DNA of 48,235 nt. Source: Macrostomum lignano. Lineage: Eukaryota. Below, one piece after another: positions 1-12,100 of the stretch; position 1 is the stretch's first letter; every line of letters begins with the position of its first letter. The stretch lies in NCBI GenBank assembly GCA_002269645.1, contig NIVC01003186.1, forward strand, positions 1-48,235, written 5' to 3'. The notes under the pieces are model-generated. The model was not told where the DNA came from, did no database searches, and saw nothing but the letters and a program-made list of their open reading frames with translations. The translations under genes were made by a program, and so were the position numbers.

Positions 1-2725
1 ATTTATTAACCATCGCATGGAGCCTTGCTAACCGTACAAGTGTATGTAGTTATAGTAAATGGGCGTTTTTGTGACTCTTAAACTTGTTTACGCATTCTGC
101 AGCTATTCGCCGCCTTTCATTTGAGTGATTTCATGGAGTCCAGTTGATAAATTTCCACAAATTGGACTGCTTCTACGTCAGATCTCAACATTTGGAACCG
201 TCCTTGAACTATTTCAGAGTTAAGTGAGCTAATGGCATCAAATGGAAGGCTAGTGCTCGTACTTGTAAGCGAAGCAGGTTCACATTGAAATGGTTGTATT
301 CATGGCCATGGGATCTAAACTGATCTGTTTTCCTTTCACGATCGCTTTGGTCTCAGAAGGAGCAGCAGTTGATGGACTGAGGTGAGAAGAAGATGTGTCA
401 CGACTTGAGCTGTTTTTAGAAAATATCTTTATCCAATTAAATATTTTCATGCGGCTCCTTAGGTTGTTCCAAATTCCGAGTCTAGAAGTCAAGACAGAAA
501 AAAGTTAAGAACTGCTACTGTAGTCCGTAGGGATTGGAAAGCTTAGCAAGTACATTAGAAATCGCCTGTTCAATCTAAAAAGTTTGAAGTACATATAGCT
601 ATTGGGTTGCAACAACAGTAGAAAAAAATCTTCCTTTTTATTTTATTCCCACCGCTTACCTCATTCCGATTTGGATAGCAGAATTGCCACGCAAAAAAAG
701 TAAAAACATAACAATAAACTATTTGCTTCATATTAATTGCCACTGACTGTTAATAAACGCGACGTCAATTTCTCTCAATAACAGTTAGAACATGTTTCTC
801 GTACACTCGTATATTTATTTGAAAAGCAAAGCGGTGAAAAGTCATGATTGGTTGCCATATGTACAAATGTACACTCACAGACTCACTGACTCAGGTACAA
901 TCTATGCAATATAAAGGCAGGAATCATTAAAAATCAAATACTTAAGACAGTTTAAGAGAAGTCCAGGTTTAAACTGGACATGACTAGAATTTGACAAGTT
1001 TCTGATGAAAAACAAGGACACGGCAACTGCACAAATATCGACAAAAAATCAGTGAAATTTCTGAATGTGAGATTGCGCAAAGCAATGCATGTTTAGTGTC
1101 GAATATCTCAGCATCAAAGCTGTCTTTTGCGACGCCTGAGGTGTCATTTTAAAGCTGAGACATGCGTATAGAGTAAATCGAAGCATTTTTAAATCCAGTA
1201 TCTGCTTTTAGGCTGCTACGATCAAAACAATTTTAGTCAACAGTAAAGCGATTTCTAATCAGAGCTAGTGTTGCTAAGCAATTTTTAAATCAATGTATGT
1301 CAGAAGGATTTTTACTTCAGTTAATAAATTAAAGCTTATTCGATGCCCAACACTTGCGTAAGTATTTGCCAAAAAGATGGTTGAAGCGGGTCAATTTTGT
1401 TTAAAGTTACAGACGATCGTTTCGAATGCCTGTCTGAATATCTCTCGTGAAACCCTCACATTCTAAACAAGACTCAAGAGAAATTGCACTCTGAGCCTTA
1501 AAATCGCACCTTGAAATTTGGCACAAGGTGCGATTTCGCACCTTATCTCTGGCGAAAAAAAAAACCCAGGACAAGATATTCAATTCAAATTAGACAATGC
1601 TAAAACTGAAAATAGTAGGCACTTTGCTTTGTACAACTTTTTTGTATATTTGAAAAACAAACAAGAACTTTATACACTTTTGTTAAAAAATCACAACCTT
1701 TAATTTATAAAAAAACATAGAAATTTTTGGTGCATCAATTTTCCAAAAGTAGCTAAATCTCTTAATATGTATGAAACTAAAATGAGTTGATTTTTTGGCA
1801 CTAATTTGATTCATGTTAAATTCAATGTGTTATTATTGATATTCAGATTTCAAAAGATTGATATTCAACCTAGGCTAGGGCTCTTTATTTTACTTTATTT
1901 TATATCTCAGATTCTTGGCAAGATTGGTCAAGATTTGAATTTGATCAAGAAAAAAGTCAAAATCTGTAGAATTTGCAATACTTTTTATTACTTGCAACTA
2001 ATTTTCTTATATTATGATATAAACATTTTGAAAATAAAATTGAAACATTGAAGCATTGCATATTATAATTTATAGCTCATTGCTATTGGGAATTTGGGAC
2101 TGATAGTATTATATAGTAATACTATTGGGTCTGGTATTCAATACTAAATCGTAAATATGCCTGTAGTGTGACAATAAAAATGCATATGCATTCCATAAGG
2201 CTTAATGCATAAATTCGAAAAAAACTAAAAAGTACGTCCACATTAATTGGTCAAAGGTTGGAGACAGTTCTATCTCATATATCTGATATATTCTATTTCT
2301 AGTATAAGCTGGCATAGTACATTAGAATACTTTTGTCTTTTGAGATGTATCAATTGTATGTCACCGCTCAATGATCGCTCGTAAAATTCAGTAGAAGTAG
2401 TAGTAATAAAGTGGCTCAGGCTGAACAGCCGGTTTGGTCGATAAGAGGCAAACTTTTTCACAATTAACTTCGTTGTAAAAACGAACATTTTCTTTGAAAC
2501 GAAATTGTGTGACTTGAATTTGAATTTGTGCGAAAGTAAATTTTTGCGGTATATAAAGCTAAAAAACGGAGAACAAAAAAACGACTAACGTGGAAGCGCG
2601 ATAATAAGATTAGTTACGAGAAAACGAGTTTAACATTTTTGTTGGTATGCTTAAGTAGAAAGTTTGTTGGTATATCATAATGGTATATCAAAGCCCACAA
2701 GAAACATTTGCTTTTTCGAGTATTC

Positions 2726-3257
2726 GTGGATACCGATGGAAAATAAAACTAAACTTTATTTGTACGACATGCTTCGTTCGCTAAACATACAGCATTGTCA
2801 GGTAGAATAAAATATTTGAGACCAACAGGATAGAGAGACGCAATATTACACTCAGCAACATGTTAAGGTTTCCACCCCGAGAAGCCAGTGGTCAACTGAT
2901 AAATTAATAATCAGTTGAAAAATGAATGAATGAATTGATTAATTATTAATATTATCATTGACAATACACTATCGGTTTGTTTTTCTTCATCTCAGCTTGA
3001 TTGCGAAATCAGCCCATACGCTCGTACGAGCCCGTGGACGTGGTGTGAAAATTGCGTCACTTGGGGCTGAGATCTGAGGAAAGTTGACCATCGGTTTTGG
3101 GGTGGAAACTTGAACATGTTGCTGAATGCTGAGTGTATTTTGCGTCTCTCTTGCCCTGTTGGTCTCACAAATATTTTATTCCAACTAAATATGCTGTATG
3201 TTCAGCGAAACCTGTCGTACAAATAAAGTTTTAGTTTTATTCGCCATCGGTATCCAC
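2726..3257. mobile_element. MITE/foldback-like element, ~530 bp, with ~170-bp imperfect inverted arms
   Basis: Left arm 2726-2897 (GTGGATACCGATGG...GGTCAACT) is the reverse complement of right arm 3082-3257 (AGTTGACC...CCATCGGTATCCAC), with scattered mismatches and indels. Spacer ~185 bp. No ORF and no clear target-site duplication. Confidence 0.7.
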
Positions 3258-3881
3258 AAATCCAACTTTTTAGTCAATACTTTTAGTACTTTTGACCATG
3301 AACAGTGGATTGCATCTCTCCCAAAATATTTGGGCCCTATTAGGCCATTTACATTGAAAGCAATTCTCTAATTTCTGAATTATTAATTAGCACTTTAATT
3401 GCTAACTTTTTTTGAAGGCAGCAACTTCTTTTCTGTTTTCTTCGCTTGTAACGACATGTTACATGTACATGTACATGGATTGGTATTGCCATAAGCTTGC
3501 CATAAGCAATTGCCAAATTGCTTTGGTAGTCGTTATTGTTACTGTATACATGTAGTTAAAGTACCCGTAAGTACTCCTTGTACTTCGATCCAGTAATTTG
3601 CTCACCGTCGACTTGTAATATACGTTCATTAATACTTACAAACAATCCAACTCACAGCACAAACGTTTTCACGTACACTTAAGTAAAAAAATAAAAAGCA
3701 AAAGTGTGAAAAGTCTTTTTTGTTACTTTTCTTTGTTTATATCATTGCTGGATTGCATTAAGTGAAATTTCATACTAGTTTGTACAGAAAAATAAAGCGG
3801 CAATGCCATGCACGGAGCGATTTAGAAAAAAAACTTTTGGTTTCGTCATTATTTGGTTAGGATTTTATTAAAAAATTCTTG

Positions 3882-4388
3882 TCACTCGTCAGTGGCGCTG
3901 CGGCCCATGTCGGTAGAGTCTCCGCTGTCAACCCGGAGAGCGTGGTGGCCTCTTGTCATCACCAGAGCAGATTTGGCTGTCACCTGTTGCTGCTGGCTCG
4001 GCGGTGGTAGCGGCTGCGGAATCATGTGCGTGACGCCGCTCACCTTCAGCAAGGAAGTGACCCGCAGCGCGGTCGCCCGCTGCTGCACCAACTCGCTGAA
4101 CAAGCGCAGCGTCACGTGGTGGTTCTTGGTCGGGTAGGAATAGTCAACTACTACCCTGTCGCAGACCTTGTGTCCTGGATTCTTCGGGGACAGCTTGGTC
4201 ATGCGGAACCGGCAATAGCACCTGTACTGGATGGTCTCCAACCTCCTATCCAAGATGTTTCCGTCTGGGTTGAACAGGTCTTTGGTGATCTCCTTGGGCA
4301 CCATCAGGCTGGCCGAGGTCACGCGAGGACACTTGGCGTCCTGCTCCCAGAAGCTGTCTCCAGCCTCCTTGGGCTTAGAGTTTTTCAT
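3882..4388 (-). CDS. Uncharacterised ~168-aa protein (MKNSKPKEAGDSFWEQDAKCP...SATDE), possibly a divergent KH-like fold
   Basis: GC-rich stretch with codon style like the other exons. Pyrimidine-rich acceptor (TCTTTCTCTACTTAATATCTCAACAG) lies 2 nt before the ATG at 4388. Stop TGA at 3882 is followed closely by AATAAA. The track ORF extension 4389-4556 is AT-rich and probably non-coding. The family is not recognised. Confidence 0.55.
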   Translation of the reverse strand: MKNSKPKEAGDSFWEQDAKCPRVTSASLMVPKEITKDLFNPDGNILDRRLETIQYRCYCRFRMTKLSPKNPGHKVCDRVVVDYSYPTKNHHVTLRLFSELVQQRATALRVTSLLKVSGVTHMIPQPLPPPSQQQQVTAKSALVMTRGHHALRVDSGDSTDMGRSATDE

Positions 4389-5034
4389 CGCTGTTGAGAT
4401 ATTAAGTAGAGAAAGACCCGGGGTTGCTGAGAACAGAGAGGCAACTAAAAGTGCAGACGTCTCTTTACTTCTTGGGAAGCTCGGTTTAAAAAGATCCCAC
4501 CAAAGCTTCTGGACTGAGCTGTCAATTTTCGAGTTCGCCCATAAACAACTGGCCAACTTCTAGCTTAGCCATGACACGCATATCGCTTCAATACTGGCGC
4601 TAAGGATTACAAATATCAACGAGATATACCATCTCAGCGCTTGATAGAGCACAAACTACTTATAGCTCCATAGCTGCTGCTGCATATTGCAAAAGCTTTT
4701 CTGTCTGTCTGTCTGTTTGCTACCAATTAATCTAGCAAAACGCATCTGGCCTGCTTGTTTGAGTAGTAAGTAAGAGTCATGCAAAACAATGCCTGTGTTA
4801 ACAACATTCTGCAATTGAGATTCATCAGTGCTAGTAAGACTGGGAAGTTTTGTAACGATAGTGATTACAGTGTAAATAATAAGAATGAAAAATAAAGTTA
4901 AGGAATCGGTCATTTAACGCTTTTTAATTACTTTAGGAAAGTTTAACAAAAAAGAACTCATTTAAAATTTTCGGTCATTGATAAATAAATTTTAGAATCT
5001 GCTGTTCATAGGATTCGAAATTGAATTCAGTTTT

Positions 5035-6128
5035 TTAAGATGACTTCGAGTTCGAATCGGTCGGTAATTCCTCATTCGAACTTTCGCTACCAAAGTTCCG
5101 CCTTAGCAAGTCCAGCTCTTGCTGGCTGAGACCAGTAGTTCTCAGGTAGGACTCTACGCCTCCGTATCTGAGAAGCATAATTATAGATTTGAATATTTAG
5201 CTTTGATTTTGATAATCGTTGCATTGCACATGTAAATGTCATAACTGAGGCTCACTTAGTCTCGATGTACTCCATGGCGGCGCGCAACTCTTCAACATTG
5301 CACTCAGCGAAACTGGCTGGCAGGCTCTTCTCAGCGTAGTATTTGACCGCCTCGCCGCGGACTTCTTCTGTCATCGTCTGGAGATTAAATAAAAGGCAGA
5401 TCGAATGAGAAGAATGGGGGAGTGAGGTGGATGGCGGAGTGAGGTGATTGGTAGAGCGGTTGGCTTGCGGAGAGAGGTGGTTGGCGGAGTGAGGTGGTTG
5501 GCGGAGTGAGGTGGTTGGCGGAGTGAGGTGGTTGGCGGAGTGAGATGGTTGGCGGAGTGAGGTGGTTGGCGGAGTGAGGTGGTTGGCGGAGTGAGGTGGT
5601 TGGCGATGTGAGGTGGTTGGCGATGTGAGGTGGTTGGCGGAGTGAGGTGGTTGGCGGAGTGAGGTGGTTGGCGGAGTGTAGTGTTTAGCTGAGTGAGGTC
5701 GTTGGCGGAGTGCGGTGGTTGGCGAGAGGGATGGTTGGCATGTTGATGATTGGCTGCGATACCTGCGACAGTTGATATTCGTCCTCGATGACCTGCCGCG
5801 GCGTGCCCAGCAGCCACTGCAGCAGCATGGCAATAAGTCCCGTTCGGTCCTTGCCGAGAAAGCAATGCACCAGACAGGGCAGATTCTCCTGCCGCGTCAT
5901 CAAGCGCAGCACGGCGGCCAGCTCAGCCTGGCAGAAGTCGATGAAGTCGCGGCTCTGACCTGTCAGGCCGCGCGGCGCCAGAACGATTTGAGCGGCGCGA
6001 GCCTCGTAGCTTCGGTCGCCGCTGTACAGAGACGTGATGAGCGCCCAGCCTATGGTCAGCTTGCTGCCAACTGGGAGCTTCATGAACATGCTGTAGAAGA
6101 AGTACCTGCCTGGAAAAATGCATGTCTC

Positions 6129-6181
<53 letters not shown>

Positions 6182-9100
6182 TCTACTGTCTGTGTGTTTA
6201 CGTGGACTTTTTGGAAGTTCAGTAGCCTCGTTAGCTGGACCAACCGGTGTAGGTAGACCACTTAGGTGGACCACCAAATAATTTTGTCTCTGGTGGGTTA
6301 AGACGTTGATGAGGATCTCACATTAATGTCAGGCGGGTCAAGAAAGGCTTAAGCAATTTTGGGATGTCTAGCATGGATTTTGCCAAAGTTATTTGCATTT
6401 CAGTTTAGCTGGACCTCCAGCCTGGTCTACCTAAACCGAGCGAGTCTGGTCCACGTAAACCGAAAAATTTCAGAAAATTTTTCGAAATCGTCTGTTTGTG
6501 TCTGTTTGTGTCTGTTTGTGTCTGTTTGTGTATAGCAGTTATTAAGCATAGATTCAATGCAAAACTGAATTTTTTACAGATCATTACCTTACGAACAAAG
6601 GGCTATGTTGGCATCATATTATGACCGCTACTGGCTTTAAAACAATATGCGTTCAGTTCTTTGACATTCAAGTAGGTGCGCAGGTTAATTAAAAATTCTG
6701 AAACCTCGTATGCGAAATGAATTTGATACAGTAAACTTTAAACTCCATTTAATTAGCTCAGTTCCAGCAATTCCGGTATCGTACTCTGAGCACAGACTCA
6801 CAGAGTAAGACACCAACGTAAAGAAATCCAATTCGCTAACCAGATCAAACGATAAAGACTCCGAGACAAGAAAGATATTTAAGTGAAGCTTAAATAGTAT
6901 TCTTCAATGACTTCTCAAGAACTCCCAGTGGTCCTTGATAGCCACACTGTGTAAATGCGAATTTCTGAGGCTCTACCATTACACAAGAAGAAAATAGCAA
7001 CTTCATGAATTAAGTGCTTGCCAATTCTATCCTAAACACTATGGGATATCCTGTTCTATCCTCCTCCAATGTTGGAAGAAGAAGATCCTAAGCTGCAGCC
7101 TTTCAAGTGCAAAGTTGAAGATGCAATTTACCTAATTGAAAAGGACAATTCATACATGTACATGCAAAAGATTTGATCAAGAGGACGCAATTAAGAAGGG
7201 CCTTTTAGCTAGCGATCGGGTCTCTGACTCTCTAGCAAAAGGTCGACTTGATTGCGGTCCCAGTAAAACTAAGAACGCATTAACAGTCAGCCTAACACTC
7301 ACTGTCTGTTTGGTCCACGTAAACACATGTGCAGGAGTATAGGGTTGGAACAGACAGACAGACAGACCTCCCTTTCTATAATTGGCTGGTTAACACTTAG
7401 GAGGATAGATCCACCCCAACAATGGGACCGACCGCAGCCAATAGGAAACCCGCAAGCGTTCTGAAGGTAAGACAGTGGAGAGAGGGATATATAATGTCTA
7501 AGCGGGTGGTCCACGTAAACCATGGCGTAGTGAGACCAGACACAGACAGTTTAAAAGAAAGTACTTATAATCCATACTATACAACTCTAAAGGATTGCAA
7601 TTGTATAGATTAGAACGGTTTTTTATACTTAATAGGTCTAATGTTAATCCTTACTCCAAGTTTCATCCACATATAAATTTATTGTGCCAAAAACTGTAAT
7701 CTACAACCAAGATATGATAACCCGCAAAAAAGGACGCCAAGCCTAAAATAAAAACTAAAAAAACACCGTCGCAAAAAGCCACTGCGAAATCGAAGAAGCC
7801 GCATCGCCTGGTGAAAATCATCAGTCTGCTCGCAAATCCGTCGACACCGAGTCCAGAAAAGTGAGTTTCGTTTGATGATCTCAAAGTAGCTAGCTGCAGG
7901 GCCTGCAACTCAATTGCTGTAGAGAAGCTGGTCCACCTAACCTACAGACACAACTGAATCAGCTCTCTCAGTCTGTTTGAGGCTTTGGCTCTCAGAAGGT
8001 GGTCCACCTAACCTACAGACACAACTCGAACAGATTTCTCTGTCTGTTTGAGGCTCTGGCTCTCAGAGCCGCCGAGAAAGTTTAGTGCCGAGAATGCTTC
8101 AGTTTGTTAGAATGCAATCAGAACAGATTCCTAGAAAGTGAGCTAGTCCAGCATCGAGGTAGAACATCTGGATGTGTAACGAGAGGCTCTCGGAGATTCC
8201 TGGCTCAGATTATCGCCTAGAAGTGCTGTAGAATAGCTGGTCCACCTAACCTACAGACACAACTCGAACAGATTTCTCTGTCTGTTTGAGGCTCTGGCTC
8301 TCAGAGCCGCCGAGAAAGTTTAGTGCGAGAATGCTTCAGTTTGTTAGAATGCAATCAGAACAGATTCCTAGAAAGTGAGCTAGTCCAGCATCAAGGCAGA
8401 ACATCTGGATGTGTAACGAAAGTCTCTCGGAGACTCCTGGCTCAGATTATCGCCTAGAAGTGCTGTGGAGTAGCTGGTCCACCTAACCTACAGACACAAC
8501 TCGAACAGATTTCTCTGTCTGTTTGAGGCTCTGGATCTCAGAGCCGCCGAGAAAGTTTAGTGCCGAGAATGCTTCAGTTTGTTAGAATGCAATCAGAACA
8601 GATTCCTAGAAAGTGAGCTAGTCCAGCATCAAGGCAGAACATCTGGATGTGTAACGAGAGGCTCTCGGAGATTCCTGGCTCAGATTATCGCCTAGAAGTG
8701 CTGTAGAATAGCTGGTCCACCTAACCTACAGACACAACTCGAACAGATTTCTCTGTCTGTTTAGGGCTCTGGCTCTTAGGTGGTCCACATAACCTACAGA
8801 CACAACTGAATCAGCTCTCTCAGTCTGTTTGAGGCTTTGGCTCTCAGTAGCTGGTCCACCTAACCTACAGACACAACTCGAACAGATTTCTCTGTCTGTT
8901 TAAGGCTCTGGCTCTCAGAGCCGCCGAGAAAGTTTAGTGCCGAGAATGCTTCAGTTTGTTAGAATGCAATCAGAACATATTCCTAGAAAGTGAGCTAGTC
9001 CAGCATCAAGGCAGAACATCTGGATGTGTAACGAAAGTCTCTCGGAGACTCCTGGCTCAGATTATCGCCTAGAAGTGCTGTAGAATAGCTGGTCCACCTA

Positions 9101-12100
9101 ACCTACAGACACAACTCGAACAGATTTCTCTGTCTGTTTGAGGCTCTGGCTCTCAGAGCCGCCGAGAAAGTTTAGTGCCGAGAATGCTTCAGTTTGTTAG
9201 AATGCAATCAGAACAGATTCCTAGAAAGTGAGCTAGTCCAGCATCAAGGCAGAACATCTGGATGTGTAACGAGAGGCTCTCGGAGATTCCTGGCTCAGAT
9301 TATCGCCTAGAAGTGCTGTAGAATAGCTGGTCCACCTAACCTACAGACACAACTCGAACAGATTTCTCTGTCTGTTTGAGGCTCTGGCTCTCAGAGCCGC
9401 CGAGAAAGTTTAGTGCCGAGAATGCTTCAGTTTGTTAGAATGCAATCAGAACATATTCCTAGAAAGTGAGCTAGTCCAGCATCGAGGTAGAACATCTGGA
9501 TGTGTAACGAGAGGCTCTCGGAGATTCCTGGCTCAGATTATCGCCTAGAAGTGCTTTGGAGTAGCTGGTCCACCTAACCTACAGACACAACTCGAACAGA
9601 TTTCTCTGTCTGTTTAGGGCTCTGGCTCTTAGGTGGTCCACATAACCTACAGACACAACTGAAGCAGCTCTCTCAGTCTGTTTGAGGCTTTGGCTCTCAG
9701 TAGCTGGTCCACCTAACCTACAGACACAACTCGAACAGATTTCTCTGTCTGTTTAAGGCTCTGGCTCTCAGAGCCGCCGAGAAAGTTTAGTGCAGAAAAT
9801 GCTTCAGTTTGTTAGAATGCAATCAGAACAGATTCCTAGAAAGTGAGCTAGTCCAGCATCAAGGCAGAACATCTGGATGTGTAACGAAAGTCTCTCGGAG
9901 ACTCCTGGCTCAGATTATCGCCTAGAAGTGCTGTGGAGTAGCTGGTCCACCTAACCTACAGACACAACTCGAACAGATTTCTCTGTCTGTTTAGGGCTCT
10001 GGCTCTTAGGTGGTCCACATAACCTACAGACACAACTGAATCAGCTCTCTCAGTCTGTTTGAGGCTTTGGCTCTCAGTAGCTGGTCCACCTAACCTACAG
10101 ACACAACTCGAACAGATTTCTCTGTCTGTTTAAGGCTCTGGCTCTCAGAGCCGCCGAGAAAGTTTAGTGCCGAGAATGCTTCAGTTTGTTAGAATGCAAT
10201 CAGAACATATTCCTAGAAAGTGAGCTAGTCCAGCATCAAGGTAGAACATCTGGATGTGTAACGAGAGGCTCTCGGAGATTCCTGGCTCAGATTATCGCCT
10301 AGAAGTGCTGTGGAGTAGCTGGTCCACCTAACCTACAGACACAACTCGAACAGATTTCTCTGTCTGTTTGAGGCTCTGGATCTCAGAGCCGCCGAGAAAG
10401 TTTAGTGCAGAAAATGCTTCAGTTTGTTAGAATGCAATCAGAACAGATTCCTAGAAAGTGAGCTAGTCCAGCATCAAGGTAGAACATCTGGATGTCTAAC
10501 GAGAGGCTCTCGGAGATTCCTGGCTCAGATTATCGCCTAGAAGTGCTTTGGAGTAGCTGGTCCACCTAACCTACAGACACAACTCGAACAGATTTCTCTG
10601 TCTGTTTGAGGCTCTGGCTCTCAGAGCCGCCGAGAAAGTTTAGTGCCGAGAATGCTTCAGTTTGTTAGAATGCAATCAGAACATATTCCTAGAAAGTGAG
10701 CTAGTCCAGCATCGAGGTAGAACATCTGGATGTGTAACGAGAGGCTCTCGGAGATTCCTGGCTCAGATTATCGCCTAGAAGTGCTTTGGAGTAGCTGGTC
10801 CACCTAACCTACAGACACAACTCGAACAGATTTCTCTGTCTGTTTAGGCTCTGGCTCTTAGGTGGTCCACATAACCTACAGACACAACTGAAGCAGCTCT
10901 CTCAGTCTGTTTGAGGCTTTGGCTCTCAGTAGCTGGTCCACCTAACCTACAGACACAACTCGAACAGATTTCTCTGTCTGTTTGAGGCTCTGGCTCTCAG
11001 AGCCGCCGAGAAAGTTTAGTGCCGAGAATGCTTCAGTTTGTTAGAATGCAATCAGAACATATTCCTAGAAAGTGAGCTAGTCCAGCATCGAGGTAGAACA
11101 TCTGGATGTGTAACGAGAGGCTCTCGGAGATTCCTGGCTCAGATTATCGCCTAGAAGTGCTTTGGAGTAGCTGGTCCACCTAACCTACAGACACAACTCG
11201 AACAGATTTCTCTGTCTGTTTAGGGCTCTGGCTCTTAGGTGGTCCACATAACCTACAGACACAACTGAATCAGCTCTCTCAGTCTGTTTGAGGCTTTGGC
11301 TCTCAGTAGCTGGTCCACCTAACCTACAGACACAACTCGAACAGATTTCTCTGTCTGTTTAAGGCTCTGGCTCTCAGAGCCGCCGAGAAAGTTTAGTGCG
11401 AGAATGCTTCAGTTTGTTAGAATGCAATCAGAACAGATTCCTAGAAAGTGAGCTAGTCCAGCATCAAGGCAGAACATCTGGATGTGTAACGAAAGTCTCT
11501 CGGAGACTCCTGGCTCAGATTATCGCCTAGAAGTGCTGTGGAGTAGCTGGTCCACCTAACCTACAGACACAACTCGAACAGATTTCTGTCTGTTTGAGGC
11601 TCTGGATCTCAGAGCCGCCGAGAAAGTTTAGTGCCGAGAATGCTTCAGTTTGTTAGAATGCAATCAGAACAGATTCCTAGAAAGTGAGCTAGTCCAGCAT
11701 CAAGGCAGAACATCTGGATGTGTAACGAGAGGCTCTCGGAGATTCCTGGCTCAGATTATCGCCTAGAAGTGCTGTAGAATAGCTGGTCCACCTAACCTAC
11801 AGACACAACTCGAACAGATTTCTCTGTCTGTTTGAGGCTCTGGATCTCAGAGCCGCCGAGAAAGTTTAGTGCCGAGAATGCTTCAGTTTGTTAGAATGCA
11901 ATCAGAACATATTCCTAGAAAGTGAGCTAGTCCAGCATCAAGGTAGAACATCTGGATGTGTAACGAGAGGCTCTCGGAGATTCCTGGCTCAGATTATCGC
12001 CTAGAAGTGCTTTGGAGTAGCTGGTCCACCTAACCTACAGACACAACTCGAACAGATTTCTCTGTCTGTTTGAGGCTCTGGATCTCAGAGCCGCCGAGAA

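Noticed and set aside
280-492. 70-aa minus-strand ORF behind a pyrimidine-rich acceptor at 482
   Set aside because: No recognisable motif and no partner exon could be linked. It could be a terminal exon or UTR but cannot be supported.
4389-4556. N-terminal extension of the 224-aa track ORF
   Set aside because: Non-ATG start, AT-rich, and contains a strong acceptor directly before ATG 4388.
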